DNA of 64,000 nucleotides from Candidatus Babelota bacterium (GCA_965658655.1 CBFHTA010000001.1:296722-360721); one strand, 5' to 3'. Positions 19,174-29,915 are shown, counted from the first letter of the stretch. Program-made: numbers and translations. Notes: generated from the sequence alone by a model not told the origin.

Positions 19174-21372
19174 ATGAAAAAAATATTTATTTTTATATTA
19201 ATGTTGAGTTTAGGCACAGTTCAAGGTGCATGGAATAATGTTCGTCATAAACACGGCGAGATGATGAATATGCTACCTGAGAATAAACGTCTTTATGCTC
19301 CTTTAGTGGGAGTTTCTTTACTGGAAGGTTCTTTGGGCAAAAAAATATATAACGAAAAGAGTAAGCGCGGTGAATTTGCTAAAAATGTATTACGATTTTT
19401 GGATGATCGATTTATTAAGCACAGTGTAGAGAGTAATCCATTTACTACTATTGAAGTCAAAGAAATTGGGATGCTTGTTAACGCTATTATAGATAATAAT
19501 CTAGAAGAGTTCATAAATAGCGATGCTGTTATAGAATGGCATAAAAGACATTTTGAAAAGACAAAAAGATTTCATAAGATAGCTAAATTTAAAAATGATT
19601 TAAAAAAGAAACTAGCTCCTCTTGAGGATATGCATTCTCAAGACATTGCATATATTCTTGCTATGCTTTTAGTTGTTGTTAGTAATTCACCTGATGATTA
19701 TAAAGTTTATTTAGATTTGCTACGAAAACATCATGAATTTGATCAGAGTGATGATCTAGGTTCAGAACAAGATTTTTTTGAATCTGCAGTTACAAAAATT
19801 TTAGATAACAAGGTTCATGATTTTAGCAAGCTTGTCCCTTCTGAGCAGATGTACGGTGATTGTAAAGGTAAGAAACTGCCGATATGTGCAGAACAAGCTT
19901 TGTGGGGTTTTGTTAACCTTGTTTTGTATAATAAAGAAAAAAAATATTTAGACTTATCTGTATTATCAAATGACATTCAACCATTACCTGCTTTTAAAGA
20001 ATTTATAGAAAACCATTCTATAATTGAGGGTATTTCCTATTATGAAGACAATAAGCAAGAATGGATAAATCTTGTTTCGGGGGTTCCTGGTATTGATTAC
20101 AGAGATGATGGTTGTGAATTACTAACTAATACAACCAACAGTATCAAAGTGTTGAATTATCTTTTTAATATTAATGCAAAAACTTTAAATGAGTGTGGAG
20201 AGATTCTGTCTTCTACGGATAAAGAGATTATTATTAATAAGTTAGAAGAAGACTATGGAGAATTTATTATAAAAATAGATTATTTTCCTATAAGAATAAT
20301 ATGGAAATTTAGTGAGGGCCATGTGAGCTTTTTTCTACCAAAAGAAAAAAGAACGTTTGATGATGCTTTTGTAAAAAAAATTATTGAGTATGAATCTGAT
20401 AATCCATCAAAGCCATTAGCACATCTTATTGCAGATGAATTATTAATATTACTATTTTCATCAAAAAATGATTTTGATAATATGCAAGTGAAAAATAGAA
20501 AAGAATTTATTGAAAAAATTATTAATTTACCATCTTTTGATATGCATAATCTTAGATATCAAGGAAAATCATTACTTTCATATGCTATTGCTGAAAAAAA
20601 TTATATGGCATTTCTTGCATTAGTACAAAGTGGAGCAGATCTTAATGAAGCGATCGCTAACTTATCACCTTCAGATGATATACCTTTCATTGATTTTCTT
20701 ATTAAGAATGGAGCTGATATTAATAAATTACCAACATCTTTTTATGAAGGATTAAAGTCTAAAAAATCAGCACAATTTTTATTGAAAAATGGTGCTGATG
20801 TAACAACTCATGTGGAAAGTTTAATTAAAGGTAAGAAGATTTTTCAAGCTCGTTTTTTATATAGAAATATGTGGGATGAAAATAAAAAAATTGATGGAAG
20901 ATTTTTAAAAAATACATTGGATTTTTATAACTATATGTATGATGTTAATCCTATTGACTCTGATGATATATTGACGGCATTGTTAATGCAAGAATACGAT
21001 CAATTGAGAGTATTATTTAAAAAAGGAGCAGAATTAAAAAAAATAGAAAAAGAAGAAGACGTTGATTTTATTATTGAGGAATTATTAGAAAAAAACTTTG
21101 ATAGTAACGTCATTTTAGACCAAGTTGTTTGTGAAAAATTTAATTCAAAAAATAATTATACATACTATCTTGATATGCTGATTAAGGCTGGAATTAGCGT
21201 TAATGATATTTTGGATAAAGCAATTGAGAAAAATAATGATATGTCTTCTGATGTTATAAAGTATTGCGTTGAAAAAGGAGCCACTATAGATAAAGAATTG
21301 CGCTCCAAAATAGAAGGTAATAATAGAGAACTCAGGGAAGTTAAAGGTGCGGATGAGGATCAAGTCATTTAG
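19174..21372 (+). CDS. Exported protein with C-terminal degenerate ankyrin repeats
   Basis: Signal peptide; LVQSGADLN, LIKNGADIN, LLKNGADVT and CVEKGATID repeats; visibly more AT-rich than its neighbours. Confidence 0.75.
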   Translation: MKKIFIFILMLSLGTVQGAWNNVRHKHGEMMNMLPENKRLYAPLVGVSLLEGSLGKKIYNEKSKRGEFAKNVLRFLDDRFIKHSVESNPFTTIEVKEIGMLVNAIIDNNLEEFINSDAVIEWHKRHFEKTKRFHKIAKFKNDLKKKLAPLEDMHSQDIAYILAMLLVVVSNSPDDYKVYLDLLRKHHEFDQSDDLGSEQDFFESAVTKILDNKVHDFSKLVPSEQMYGDCKGKKLPICAEQALWGFVNLVLYNKEKKYLDLSVLSNDIQPLPAFKEFIENHSIIEGISYYEDNKQEWINLVSGVPGIDYRDDGCELLTNTTNSIKVLNYLFNINAKTLNECGEILSSTDKEIIINKLEEDYGEFIIKIDYFPIRIIWKFSEGHVSFFLPKEKRTFDDAFVKKIIEYESDNPSKPLAHLIADELLILLFSSKNDFDNMQVKNRKEFIEKIINLPSFDMHNLRYQGKSLLSYAIAEKNYMAFLALVQSGADLNEAIANLSPSDDIPFIDFLIKNGADINKLPTSFYEGLKSKKSAQFLLKNGADVTTHVESLIKGKKIFQARFLYRNMWDENKKIDGRFLKNTLDFYNYMYDVNPIDSDDILTALLMQEYDQLRVLFKKGAELKKIEKEEDVDFIIEELLEKNFDSNVILDQVVCEKFNSKNNYTYYLDMLIKAGISVNDILDKAIEKNNDMSSDVIKYCVEKGATIDKELRSKIEGNNRELREVKGADEDQVI

Positions 21373-21800
21373 AATGATAAAGGCACCGATATATTTCAAC
21401 TTTTTCAGTTTTATATTGTATTGCGATAAACTTTTCCATCATATAATCTCATAATTTTAGTGTTTCTTGACGAGTTGATTTAAGAACTCTTTTGAGTGAG
21501 GATTCAATGCGATCTAGGAACGTTTCATAATCAGGATCCCATACTGTCTGGCCATCTGCTGATACATTTGTAACTCAAAAACAATTATTATGTTTAGTAA
21601 AAAAAATTACCATAGATCCTTTTGAGAAACTATATATAATAGTTTTAAGCTTGGGTATTTTAAATATTTTTATAATCAAATTTAGCCTGTCTCCAAATTG
21701 CCTCTGTGAGCTTATTTTGGCTTGTTTGCTTTACAAAATAATCTATTTAGGTACCATATTTAAAGCTAGGTTTACCTCTTTATACATACGGAGTTCATAT

Positions 21801-23771
21801 ATGATCGATCTATATCAGTCGTTTTTTGCAGTCTCAGGAATTGGGGCGCTTATTGTCGGTGCATTGTTTAGCAAGATTAATCAGGAGAAAGTAAGTAGTG
21901 CAAAGGCTGAAAAAATAGCCGCTGCAATTTCTGAAGGGGCTATGACCTTTCTACAGGAAGAATATAAAATTATTATGGTTGTAGTTGCTCTTGTTGGCGG
22001 TGCAATTGGTTACTCAGTAGGGTCAATTCCAGCACTATTGTTTGCTGCTGGATCTTTCCTTTCTATGATTACAGGTTTTATTGGTATGCGTGCTGCAACT
22101 TCTGCAAACGTTCGTACCACTATGGCTGCAAAACGTAGCGGTGAACATGCTGCGTTCATGATTTCATTCTTTGGTGGTGGAGTTATGGGATTTGCTGTTG
22201 CAACATTTGGTTTACTTGGAATCACTGTTGTAATGAATCAATATGGTACACATTCAGATATAGCACTTTATCTTACTTGCTTTAGTTTGGGTGCAAGTTT
22301 AGTTGCATTCTTTGCACGTATTGGTGGTGGTATTTTCACTAAATCTGCAGACGTTGGAGCAGATTTGGTTGGTAAAGTAGAGGCAGGAATTCCTGAAGAT
22401 GATCCTCGTAATCCTGCGGTTATTGCAGATAACGTGGGTGATTGTGTTGGTGATACTGCTGGTATGGGTGCTGACATTTATGAATCATACGTTGGTGCAA
22501 TGGTATCTTCTATTATTTTAGCTTTAACATTACATCCAGAAAATCCACTTTACATAACACTTCCAATTGTTCTTGCTGCTATTGGGTTGGCAAGTTCTGC
22601 AGTTGGGTTGTTCTCTAACTTACTTATGAAAGCAAAGCCAGATGCTATGCTTCGTAATGCAACATATGTAGCTATTGTAGCATATTTAGCTGGAGCATAT
22701 TGGTATTTGGGTAAATATAACTTACCAATACATTTATTCTATGCAATGGTAATTGGTTGCGTATCAGGAATGGTTATTGGATTAATTACTGAATATTACA
22801 CAGGTGGTAACCCTGTTAAAAAATTAGCAGAAAGTTGTGAATCTGGAGCAGCAACAAACATTATTTATGGTTTGTCTCTCGGTATGGAATCTGTTGCGTT
22901 TCCAGTAATTCTTCTTGCTTTCTCTGTTCTTGCAGCATTTGTTTACGGTGGTGGTGATCTTTACGGAGTATCACTCGCTGCAGTTTCTATGTTGGCAACT
23001 GTTGGTATTACTATGACAGTTGATGCTTACGGGCCGATTGCAGATAATGCTGGTGGTATTGCAGAAATGGCTGGTTTTGGAAAACCAGTTCGTGATATTA
23101 CAGATAAACTCGATGCGCTTGGAAATACAACAGCAGCAATCGGAAAAGGTTTTGCAATTGGTTCTGCATTGATGACTGCATTAGCAATGTTTGCAGCATA
23201 TGCAAAAGAAGCTAGTATTGAATCATTAAATGTTCTTGATCCATGGGTACTTACAGGACTATTTATCGGTGGTGTAATGCCATTTGTTATTTCTGCATTA
23301 ACTATGCGTTCTGTTGGTAAGGCTGCATGGGAAATGGTACAAGAGGTTCGTCGACAGTTCAAAACAATTAAAGGTTTAATGCAAGGCAAGGCTGAACCAG
23401 ATTACAAGCGTTGTATTGCGATTAGTACTCGTTCTGCATTGCGTGAAATGGTACTTCCTGGTGTTTTAACCGTATGTTTACCTGTTCTTGTTAAATTTAC
23501 ATTGGGAACATTAGCTTTAGGTGGCATGCTTGTTGGTGCTACATTGAGTGGTGTAACACTTGCTCTTATGATGGCAAACGGTGGTGGTGCATGGGATAAC
23601 GCTAAAAAGTACATCGAAGCGGGTGCACTTGGCGGTAAAGGTTCTGATGCACACAAAGCAGCGGTTGTTGGTGACACTGTTGGTGATCCATTTAAAGATA
23701 CTTCTGGTCCCGCACTTAACATTTTGATTAAGTTGATGGCTGTTGTTTCTTTGTTGCTTGTTTCTATGTAA
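21801..23771 (+). CDS. hppA: Membrane-bound ion-translocating pyrophosphatase (K+-dependent signature)
   Basis: GGGIFTKSADVGADLVGKVE, DNVGDCVGD, GNTTAAIGKG and GDTVGDPFKDTSGP; GGAG RBS before ATG 21801. Confidence 0.97.
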   Translation: MIDLYQSFFAVSGIGALIVGALFSKINQEKVSSAKAEKIAAAISEGAMTFLQEEYKIIMVVVALVGGAIGYSVGSIPALLFAAGSFLSMITGFIGMRAATSANVRTTMAAKRSGEHAAFMISFFGGGVMGFAVATFGLLGITVVMNQYGTHSDIALYLTCFSLGASLVAFFARIGGGIFTKSADVGADLVGKVEAGIPEDDPRNPAVIADNVGDCVGDTAGMGADIYESYVGAMVSSIILALTLHPENPLYITLPIVLAAIGLASSAVGLFSNLLMKAKPDAMLRNATYVAIVAYLAGAYWYLGKYNLPIHLFYAMVIGCVSGMVIGLITEYYTGGNPVKKLAESCESGAATNIIYGLSLGMESVAFPVILLAFSVLAAFVYGGGDLYGVSLAAVSMLATVGITMTVDAYGPIADNAGGIAEMAGFGKPVRDITDKLDALGNTTAAIGKGFAIGSALMTALAMFAAYAKEASIESLNVLDPWVLTGLFIGGVMPFVISALTMRSVGKAAWEMVQEVRRQFKTIKGLMQGKAEPDYKRCIAISTRSALREMVLPGVLTVCLPVLVKFTLGTLALGGMLVGATLSGVTLALMMANGGGAWDNAKKYIEAGALGGKGSDAHKAAVVGDTVGDPFKDTSGPALNILIKLMAVVSLLLVSM

Positions 23772-23793
23772 GTAAACTTTAGCTAAAAAGATT

Positions 23794-23817
23794 AAGGCTC
23801 CTTAGGGAGCCTTTTTT
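23794..23817 (+). terminator. Rho-independent terminator
   Basis: AAGGCTCC-TTAG-GGAGCCTT followed by a T run. Confidence 0.85.
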
Positions 23818-23874
23818 ATTGACCAATCTTCTCCCTTCTTTCTAGAATAGAAACTTCAAGATAAAAGGGGATTC

Positions 23875-24201
23875 ATGAATAAGATAACGTTTTTGATAGT
23901 ACTATTTTTGGGGGTAATGCCACACAATGTGCGCAGTGAAAACATGATTCCTGAAAAAAATGTAGACCAGGTTCAAGTAGAAGAAGTACTTAAAATGTTA
24001 GATATTATTCTTAAAGAATTGCCTATTTTTATAGAAAAGTATGAATTGAATTCAAATCTATCGTGGGAAGAATGGAAGAGGAAGTATTGGTTATTGGCAC
24101 CTGCGGGAACAATAATATTGGGAGTTAAGTTTTATTTTGTGTTGGCTAGTGTGTTTAGTTTCGCACCGCGTTCTTCGTCTATTAAAGATAATTGGGGATA
24201 A
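23875..24201 (+). CDS. Hypothetical membrane/exported protein
   Basis: Signal peptide plus a C-terminal hydrophobic segment. Confidence 0.6.
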   Translation: MNKITFLIVLFLGVMPHNVRSENMIPEKNVDQVQVEEVLKMLDIILKELPIFIEKYELNSNLSWEEWKRKYWLLAPAGTIILGVKFYFVLASVFSFAPRSSSIKDNWG

Positions 24202-24222
24202 TTTACCTAGGGAGTAAGGGCT

Positions 24223-25290
24223 ATGAAACGTACTCTTTGCCTTTTTGCTGCATTTTTAATGGTGTCTGCTTATCCTGCCTCTAGTTTATTCAAGAAAGAA
24301 CCTTTACCGCTTCGTGGAGAAAAGATTGTTACTAAAGCCAAGGATCTAACGCGTGTTGCAAAAGAGTCTGCTGATTTCTTGCGTAAGCTTCCTAAAAGTA
24401 AATATGTAAAAGCTGACGCAGGTCTTTTTGAAGAGTTTGGAGTAAACCTAGATGATGTTCGAGAAACATTAGAGTTTATTGCAGAAACTGGGGAGAAACG
24501 ACCTAAGCTTTTAGCGAGTCCGTGGTTTTTGAACCAGCACTTTGAGTTATACCGTTGGTATGGAGATAAAACAAAACAAAAAGAAGTGATTCCTCCAGGG
24601 TGGAAACCTGCTCCCGAACATATTAGAACAACACAATATCGTATTACAGAAATAGGTGGATCTTTTAAAAAAACAAAAAAGTTTTTTTATCCTATTTATG
24701 AAATTCCGCGTGATGAAACTTGCTTAACATTTGAACAAAGGAAGAAAAAGAAAGATGAGCTTATACGATTTAGATATTCTCGCTCTGAGATACTTAGTGG
24801 CGCGTTAGACAAAAATACAAAAACCAAACCATTGGCTTGGCTCACAGAAAAAGGGCGCAAAGAGCTTGCTATGCAGGGGAGTGCACTGATTAACTTTAGT
24901 AAAAATAATAAAAAACTTATACGGGTTGCTGGTAGCAATGGTAGAGAAGATAAGCAAAAATATTGGTATGCGACCGAAGTTGCAAAACGACCAACTAGCT
25001 CTAGCTATCCTGTTAAGGTGAAACCCAGAGCAGGTGTTACTTGTGCAGGAGATGTTAAGCTTCTTGGATTTGGTAAAGTTATAGTACTTGTTGGTCTTAA
25101 CCCAAAAACACAACGAGAAGAGACTCGCTTGCAGGTACTCGTTGACACTGGAGGAGCCTTTAAAGGTAATCTTTCTAAGCTAGATTTATTTACGGGTTAT
25201 TTTAAAGATAATGCTGCGTTTAAAGCCCATGCAGCTTCCTATCCTCATACCGCACGGGCTTATATTTTACTTAAGAAAAAGCGTTCTTAA
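24223..25290 (+). CDS. mltA: MltA-like lytic murein transglycosylase
   Basis: MQGSALI and 3D-domain motif VDTGGAFKG..KLDLFTG; signal peptide. Confidence 0.8.
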   Translation: MKRTLCLFAAFLMVSAYPASSLFKKEPLPLRGEKIVTKAKDLTRVAKESADFLRKLPKSKYVKADAGLFEEFGVNLDDVRETLEFIAETGEKRPKLLASPWFLNQHFELYRWYGDKTKQKEVIPPGWKPAPEHIRTTQYRITEIGGSFKKTKKFFYPIYEIPRDETCLTFEQRKKKKDELIRFRYSRSEILSGALDKNTKTKPLAWLTEKGRKELAMQGSALINFSKNNKKLIRVAGSNGREDKQKYWYATEVAKRPTSSSYPVKVKPRAGVTCAGDVKLLGFGKVIVLVGLNPKTQREETRLQVLVDTGGAFKGNLSKLDLFTGYFKDNAAFKAHAASYPHTARAYILLKKKRS

Positions 25291-25747
25291 TCTTTTCAGC
25301 TAGCTTTTCTTTGCTCATTCCGCCGACGAACTGCTCATTAACTTTATCACCTTGGCGTAATACAAAAGTTGGGAGTGCTTCTACTCCGTCTTTTGCAACT
25401 TTATGTTCATCTACGTAGGTCATAATGTCTTGATTATCAACGTTAACTTCATAAAAGTGAGCATTTGAAACTTCATTTGAAACTGCAGCGAAAGGTCCTT
25501 TTACATAGTTGCAAGCTCCGCACCAATCGGCATGAAATTTAATAACCACAGGATTGTCGCCTTCAAGCGCTTTTTTAAGTTCGCTTGCATCATTTATTTC
25601 GGTTACTGTTCCTTGTATAGCTTGATCTTTGGCAGCATGATTTTGTTTGAATGCTTTCTGTAGTGGTAAAAATTTGATTGCAGTTATAACAATCAGCGTT
25701 CCTAGTATCCCTAGAAATAAAACTGTAAATAATTTTTTATTTATCAT
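25271..25747 (-). CDS. Membrane-anchored thioredoxin-family protein
   Basis: FHADWCGAC and cis-Pro motif ALPTF; N-terminal TM helix. Confidence 0.88.
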   Translation of the reverse strand: MINKKLFTVLFLGILGTLIVITAIKFLPLQKAFKQNHAAKDQAIQGTVTEINDASELKKALEGDNPVVIKFHADWCGACNYVKGPFAAVSNEVSNAHFYEVNVDNQDIMTYVDEHKVAKDGVEALPTFVLRQGDKVNEQFVGGMSKEKLAEKIKNAFS

Positions 25748-26205
25748 AATGTTCTCCCCTAATTTTTATATATCTATGCTGTTAAGTATAACAAAATGAC
25801 AAGATTGAATGTCAACAATAACTGAATTTATTTTCTTTTTTACTTAAACTTTAATTTCATAATATTGAAACTTTAATTCTGAAAAAATGCATAAAAAGAG
25901 AGTGATAGGCTTAGTTTAGCTACATTTCTATATGCAATCTTAAGGAAAGAAAAAAAAGTTCAAATTTTAGAATATGGCTTAAAAAAAAAAGATGGAAATT
26001 TATTTGATTCAAAGGGTTAAAATCGGTACAGTTATCTTTCACTGCTACTATGAAATGTTTTCTCTCTGTAACATTATTATTATTTATGGAATTCGGCAGA
26101 AGAACAGAGCGAAAAATCTTTGTAGAGGGTTCTCTCGACGTTTTTAGGGGTAGGGTTATTTGTACCAATGGAATTTAGTATCCGCTTTTAATGAAAGGGG
26201 CACGT

Positions 26206-28764
26206 ATGCACGAGCAAGGAGAGGTTGTACCACAGGTACCACTTCACGCACAGAAAAGTGAGCAGGAAAGAGAAGTAAAGCACTCTTCTATTGATAAGGC
26301 GGCTCTTTTTACCATTAATAAAAAAGATGGTGAAGGCGTTCCTTTCAATCGAGAAAAAGTATATTTGACTCTTAAGCGGGCTTGCAAAGGCTTAGAGGAC
26401 GATGTTGTTGTTGACTTGATAATGCAAGAGGTCACTAAAAATTTATATGATCAAGCATCAACTAAAGAAGTAGAAGACGCCCTTATATTGGCTGCTATTG
26501 CTTTTATTGAAAAGGATCCAGCTTATAGTAAAGTTGGTTCTCGTCTATTGCTCCAAAAGCTTTCTAAGGAAGTTTTTGGAAATTCTATTACGCAAGAGAC
26601 TTATGGACAGCATTATTATCGTTCTTTTATAGAAGGTATTCAATTAGGGGTAGAAAACGATATTTTTGATAAAGGTTTACTTGAGTTTGATCTTGAGTTG
26701 CTTGCTTCAAAGCTTGTTTTAGAGAGAGACGACATAATTGAATATTTGGGTCTATTTAACTTGTATGAACGTTATTTCTCCAAAGTTAAAGGTCGTCGTA
26801 TCGAGCTGCCTCAAATGTTCTGGATGCGTACAGCTATGGGTCTTGCTATGCAAGAAAAAGAAAATCGCAATGAACTGGCCATGGAGTTCTACGACATTAT
26901 GTCGGAACTTTATTATGTTCCATCGACACCCACTTTATTGCATTCTGGTGGTACTCATCCCCAATTGAGTTCTTGCTTTTTAACCACAATTGGCGATGAT
27001 TTGGATCATATTTTTAAATGTTATGGTGATAACGCTCAAATGGCACGTTGGTCTGGTGGTGTTGCTAATGATTGGACTCCGCTGCGTGGTACCGGTGCCT
27101 ATATTAAGAGTATTAAGTCTCCTGGGCAAGGTGTAGTACCATTTTTAAAAGTTGCTAATGATGTGAATGCTGCTATTAACCGTAGTGGTCGTCGTAGAGG
27201 AGCAACAGTTGCTTATCTTGAGACTTGGCATTATGACATTGAAGATTTTTTAGATTTACGTAGAAATACAGGTGATGAACGTCGTCGTACGCATGACATG
27301 AACACTGCAAATTGGATTCCAGATTTGTTCATGAAGCGTGTTATGCAAGATAAGCAGTGGACACTTTTCTCTCCAGACGAAGTACCAGATTTGCATGATT
27401 TGTATGGTCAAGCATTTGAAAAGCGTTATGAAGAGTACGAAATGCTGGCAGATCAAGGAAAAATAGAACTGACTAAAAAAGTAAAAGCAGTTGAGTTATG
27501 GCGTAAAATGCTTACTCGATTGTTTGAAACTGGTCATCCATGGTTAACTTTTAAAGATCCATGTAATGTTCGATCTCCTCAAGATCATGCGGGTGTAGTT
27601 CATAGTTCAAACTTGTGTACAGAAATTACTTTGAATACTTCAGCAGAAGAAACAGCGGTATGTAATTTAGGTTCTGTGAACTTAGGTAAACATGTTATTA
27701 ATGGTGAATTTGATCAGCAACTGCTTGGTAAAACTATTAAAACTGCTATTCGTATGCTCGACAATGTGATTGATATTAATTTCTATCCAACAAAAGAGGG
27801 TAGAACTTCTAATATGCGACATCGTCCTATTGGATTAGGTATGATGGGCTTTCAAGATGCATTGTTTAAAATGAATATTAGTTTTTCATCTCAAGAAGCT
27901 CTTGATTTTGCAGATAAAACAACAGAGATGTTCTCTTACTACGCTATTCTATCTTCTTCTCAATTAGCTAAAGAACGTGGAACTTACAGCTCTTACAAGG
28001 GTTCAAAGTGGGACAGGAATATCTTCCCTGTTGATACTATGGATCTTCTTGAGAAAGAGCGTGGACTTAAAATTGAAGTGTCTCGCACTGAGCACTTAGA
28101 TTGGGCTCCTGTTCGTGAGCATGTTAAGGCGCATGGTATGAGAAACTCAAATACCATGGCAATTGCACCAACCGCGACGATCTCTAACATTTCTGGTTGT
28201 TTCCCATGTATTGAGCCGATTTACAAGAATTTGTATGTAAAGGCAAATATGGGTGGTGAGTTTACTGTTACCAATAAATACTTAGTTCAAGATTTGAAAA
28301 AAGAAAATCTATGGAATCAAGAAATGCTTGATTTAATTAAGTATTATGATGGTTCAGTTGAAAAGATAGATTCAATTCCAGAGTATTTACGTAACAAGTA
28401 TGCAGAGGCATTTGAACTTGATCCACTATGGATGGTTGAGATAGCAGCTGCGCGTGGAAAATGGTTAGATCAAAGTCAATCATACAATGTGTTTGTTCGT
28501 GGTGTATCTGGTAAAATTCTTGACTCTGTGTACAAAAAAGCGTGGGAAAAAGGCTTAAAATGTACCTATTATCTACGTTCACTTGGTGCGAGTCAAATTG
28601 AAAAATCTACACTCGACGCTAAAAAGTTTGGATATACACAAAAGCGTGATTACAAAAAAGTTGAAGAAAGTAACACTTCTTCAGAAGAAGTAAAAACAGT
28701 ACCTGCATCTCAAGTACAAAGCGCTTGTAGTCTTATAGAACCAGATTGTGAAGCATGTCAGTAA
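26206..28764 (+). CDS. nrdA: Ribonucleoside-diphosphate reductase alpha subunit with ATP-cone
   Basis: ATP-cone (INKKDG..PFNREK), QLSSCF, SSNLCTEI, APTATIS, YYLR and C-terminal CEACQ. Confidence 0.97.
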   Translation: MHEQGEVVPQVPLHAQKSEQEREVKHSSIDKAALFTINKKDGEGVPFNREKVYLTLKRACKGLEDDVVVDLIMQEVTKNLYDQASTKEVEDALILAAIAFIEKDPAYSKVGSRLLLQKLSKEVFGNSITQETYGQHYYRSFIEGIQLGVENDIFDKGLLEFDLELLASKLVLERDDIIEYLGLFNLYERYFSKVKGRRIELPQMFWMRTAMGLAMQEKENRNELAMEFYDIMSELYYVPSTPTLLHSGGTHPQLSSCFLTTIGDDLDHIFKCYGDNAQMARWSGGVANDWTPLRGTGAYIKSIKSPGQGVVPFLKVANDVNAAINRSGRRRGATVAYLETWHYDIEDFLDLRRNTGDERRRTHDMNTANWIPDLFMKRVMQDKQWTLFSPDEVPDLHDLYGQAFEKRYEEYEMLADQGKIELTKKVKAVELWRKMLTRLFETGHPWLTFKDPCNVRSPQDHAGVVHSSNLCTEITLNTSAEETAVCNLGSVNLGKHVINGEFDQQLLGKTIKTAIRMLDNVIDINFYPTKEGRTSNMRHRPIGLGMMGFQDALFKMNISFSSQEALDFADKTTEMFSYYAILSSSQLAKERGTYSSYKGSKWDRNIFPVDTMDLLEKERGLKIEVSRTEHLDWAPVREHVKAHGMRNSNTMAIAPTATISNISGCFPCIEPIYKNLYVKANMGGEFTVTNKYLVQDLKKENLWNQEMLDLIKYYDGSVEKIDSIPEYLRNKYAEAFELDPLWMVEIAAARGKWLDQSQSYNVFVRGVSGKILDSVYKKAWEKGLKCTYYLRSLGASQIEKSTLDAKKFGYTQKRDYKKVEESNTSSEEVKTVPASQVQSACSLIEPDCEACQ

Positions 28765-28787
28765 TTTAAAAAAATAAGAGGTCTACT

Positions 28788-29807
28788 ATGGAAAATAGTA
28801 AAGATATTAATCAATCTGGGATCATTTGTAATACTACAACTGATCCTAATAAAATTCTTCCTATGCGTTATTTATGGGCTCGTCAACATTATCAAGATGG
28901 TGTAGCTAATAACTGGACTCCTGAAGAAGTTTCAATGCAAAAAGATGTTGAGCAATGGAAAGATCCAAAGTGCTTAACAGAAGATGAACGCCGTATGATG
29001 TTATGGAATCTTGGTTTTTTTTCTACAGCAGAATCTTTAACTGCAAATAACTTAGTACTTGCAGTATATAGACATATAACCAATCCAGAATGTCGTCAGT
29101 ATTTGCTACGTCAGGCATATGAAGAAGCGGTTCATACAGATACCTTTATTTATGTGTGTGATTCGTTAGCTCTTGATCCTGATGAAATTTACAACATGTA
29201 TGAGACTATTCCTTCCATTGAAGAAAAAGATAATTTTGTTATTAATTTAACTAAATCTATCTTTGATCCTAACTTTGAAATTACAGATCTCAAGTCTATG
29301 CAAATGTTTGTGCATGACCTTGTGGGGTACTATGTAATTATGGAAGGTATCTTCTTTTATGCAGGGTTTGCCATGATGTTGGCTCTTAAGCGTCAAAATA
29401 AGATGATTGGTATTGGTGAGCAGTTTGAATATATTATGCGAGACGAAAGCATTCATTTAGCATTTGGTTGTGACTTAATCAATACTATTAAAAAAGAAAA
29501 TCCAGCTTTGTGGACCCAAGAATTTCAAGATAATATTGTTGAGTTAATTAAAAAAGCTGTTGAGCTTGAAGCGCAATATGCTATTGATGCTTGTCCGCGT
29601 GGATTACTTGGTATCAGTAATGATCAATTTGTGAATTACGTAAAACATATTGCTGATCGTCGTTTAGAACGTATTGGTTTGCCAAAAGTATATAACGAAG
29701 AAAATCCATTCCCATGGATGTCTCAAGCAACAGATTTAAGCAAAGAGAAAAACTTCTTTGAATCTCGTGTAACAGAATACAGAACAGGCGGTTCATTAGA
29801 GTGGTAA
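28788..29807 (+). CDS. nrdB: Ribonucleotide reductase beta subunit, class Ic (Mn/Fe) type
   Basis: STAES, EEAVHTDTF, MEGIFFY, RDESIH and NFFESRVTEY motifs. Confidence 0.95.
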   Translation: MENSKDINQSGIICNTTTDPNKILPMRYLWARQHYQDGVANNWTPEEVSMQKDVEQWKDPKCLTEDERRMMLWNLGFFSTAESLTANNLVLAVYRHITNPECRQYLLRQAYEEAVHTDTFIYVCDSLALDPDEIYNMYETIPSIEEKDNFVINLTKSIFDPNFEITDLKSMQMFVHDLVGYYVIMEGIFFYAGFAMMLALKRQNKMIGIGEQFEYIMRDESIHLAFGCDLINTIKKENPALWTQEFQDNIVELIKKAVELEAQYAIDACPRGLLGISNDQFVNYVKHIADRRLERIGLPKVYNEENPFPWMSQATDLSKEKNFFESRVTEYRTGGSLEW

Positions 29808-29862
29808 CATCTTTTGTTTAAGCAACGCTGACGGTTACACTTTTATTATTGAGTTTATCTAT

Positions 29863-29899
29863 AAGAGCAGAAGCATGTAATGTTTCTGCTCTTTATTTT
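29863..29899. terminator. Probable bidirectional terminator between convergent genes
   Basis: AAGAGCAGAAGCAT pairs with ATGTTTCTGCTCTT. Confidence 0.7.
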
Positions 29900-29915
29900 C
29901 TAGCAGAACCGTGTG

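Noticed and set aside
25750..26200. NrdR boxes, a riboswitch, or the 82-aa minus-strand ORF upstream of nrdA
   Set aside because: No convincing tandem NrdR palindromes or aptamer were seen, and the ORF looks like AT-rich noise.
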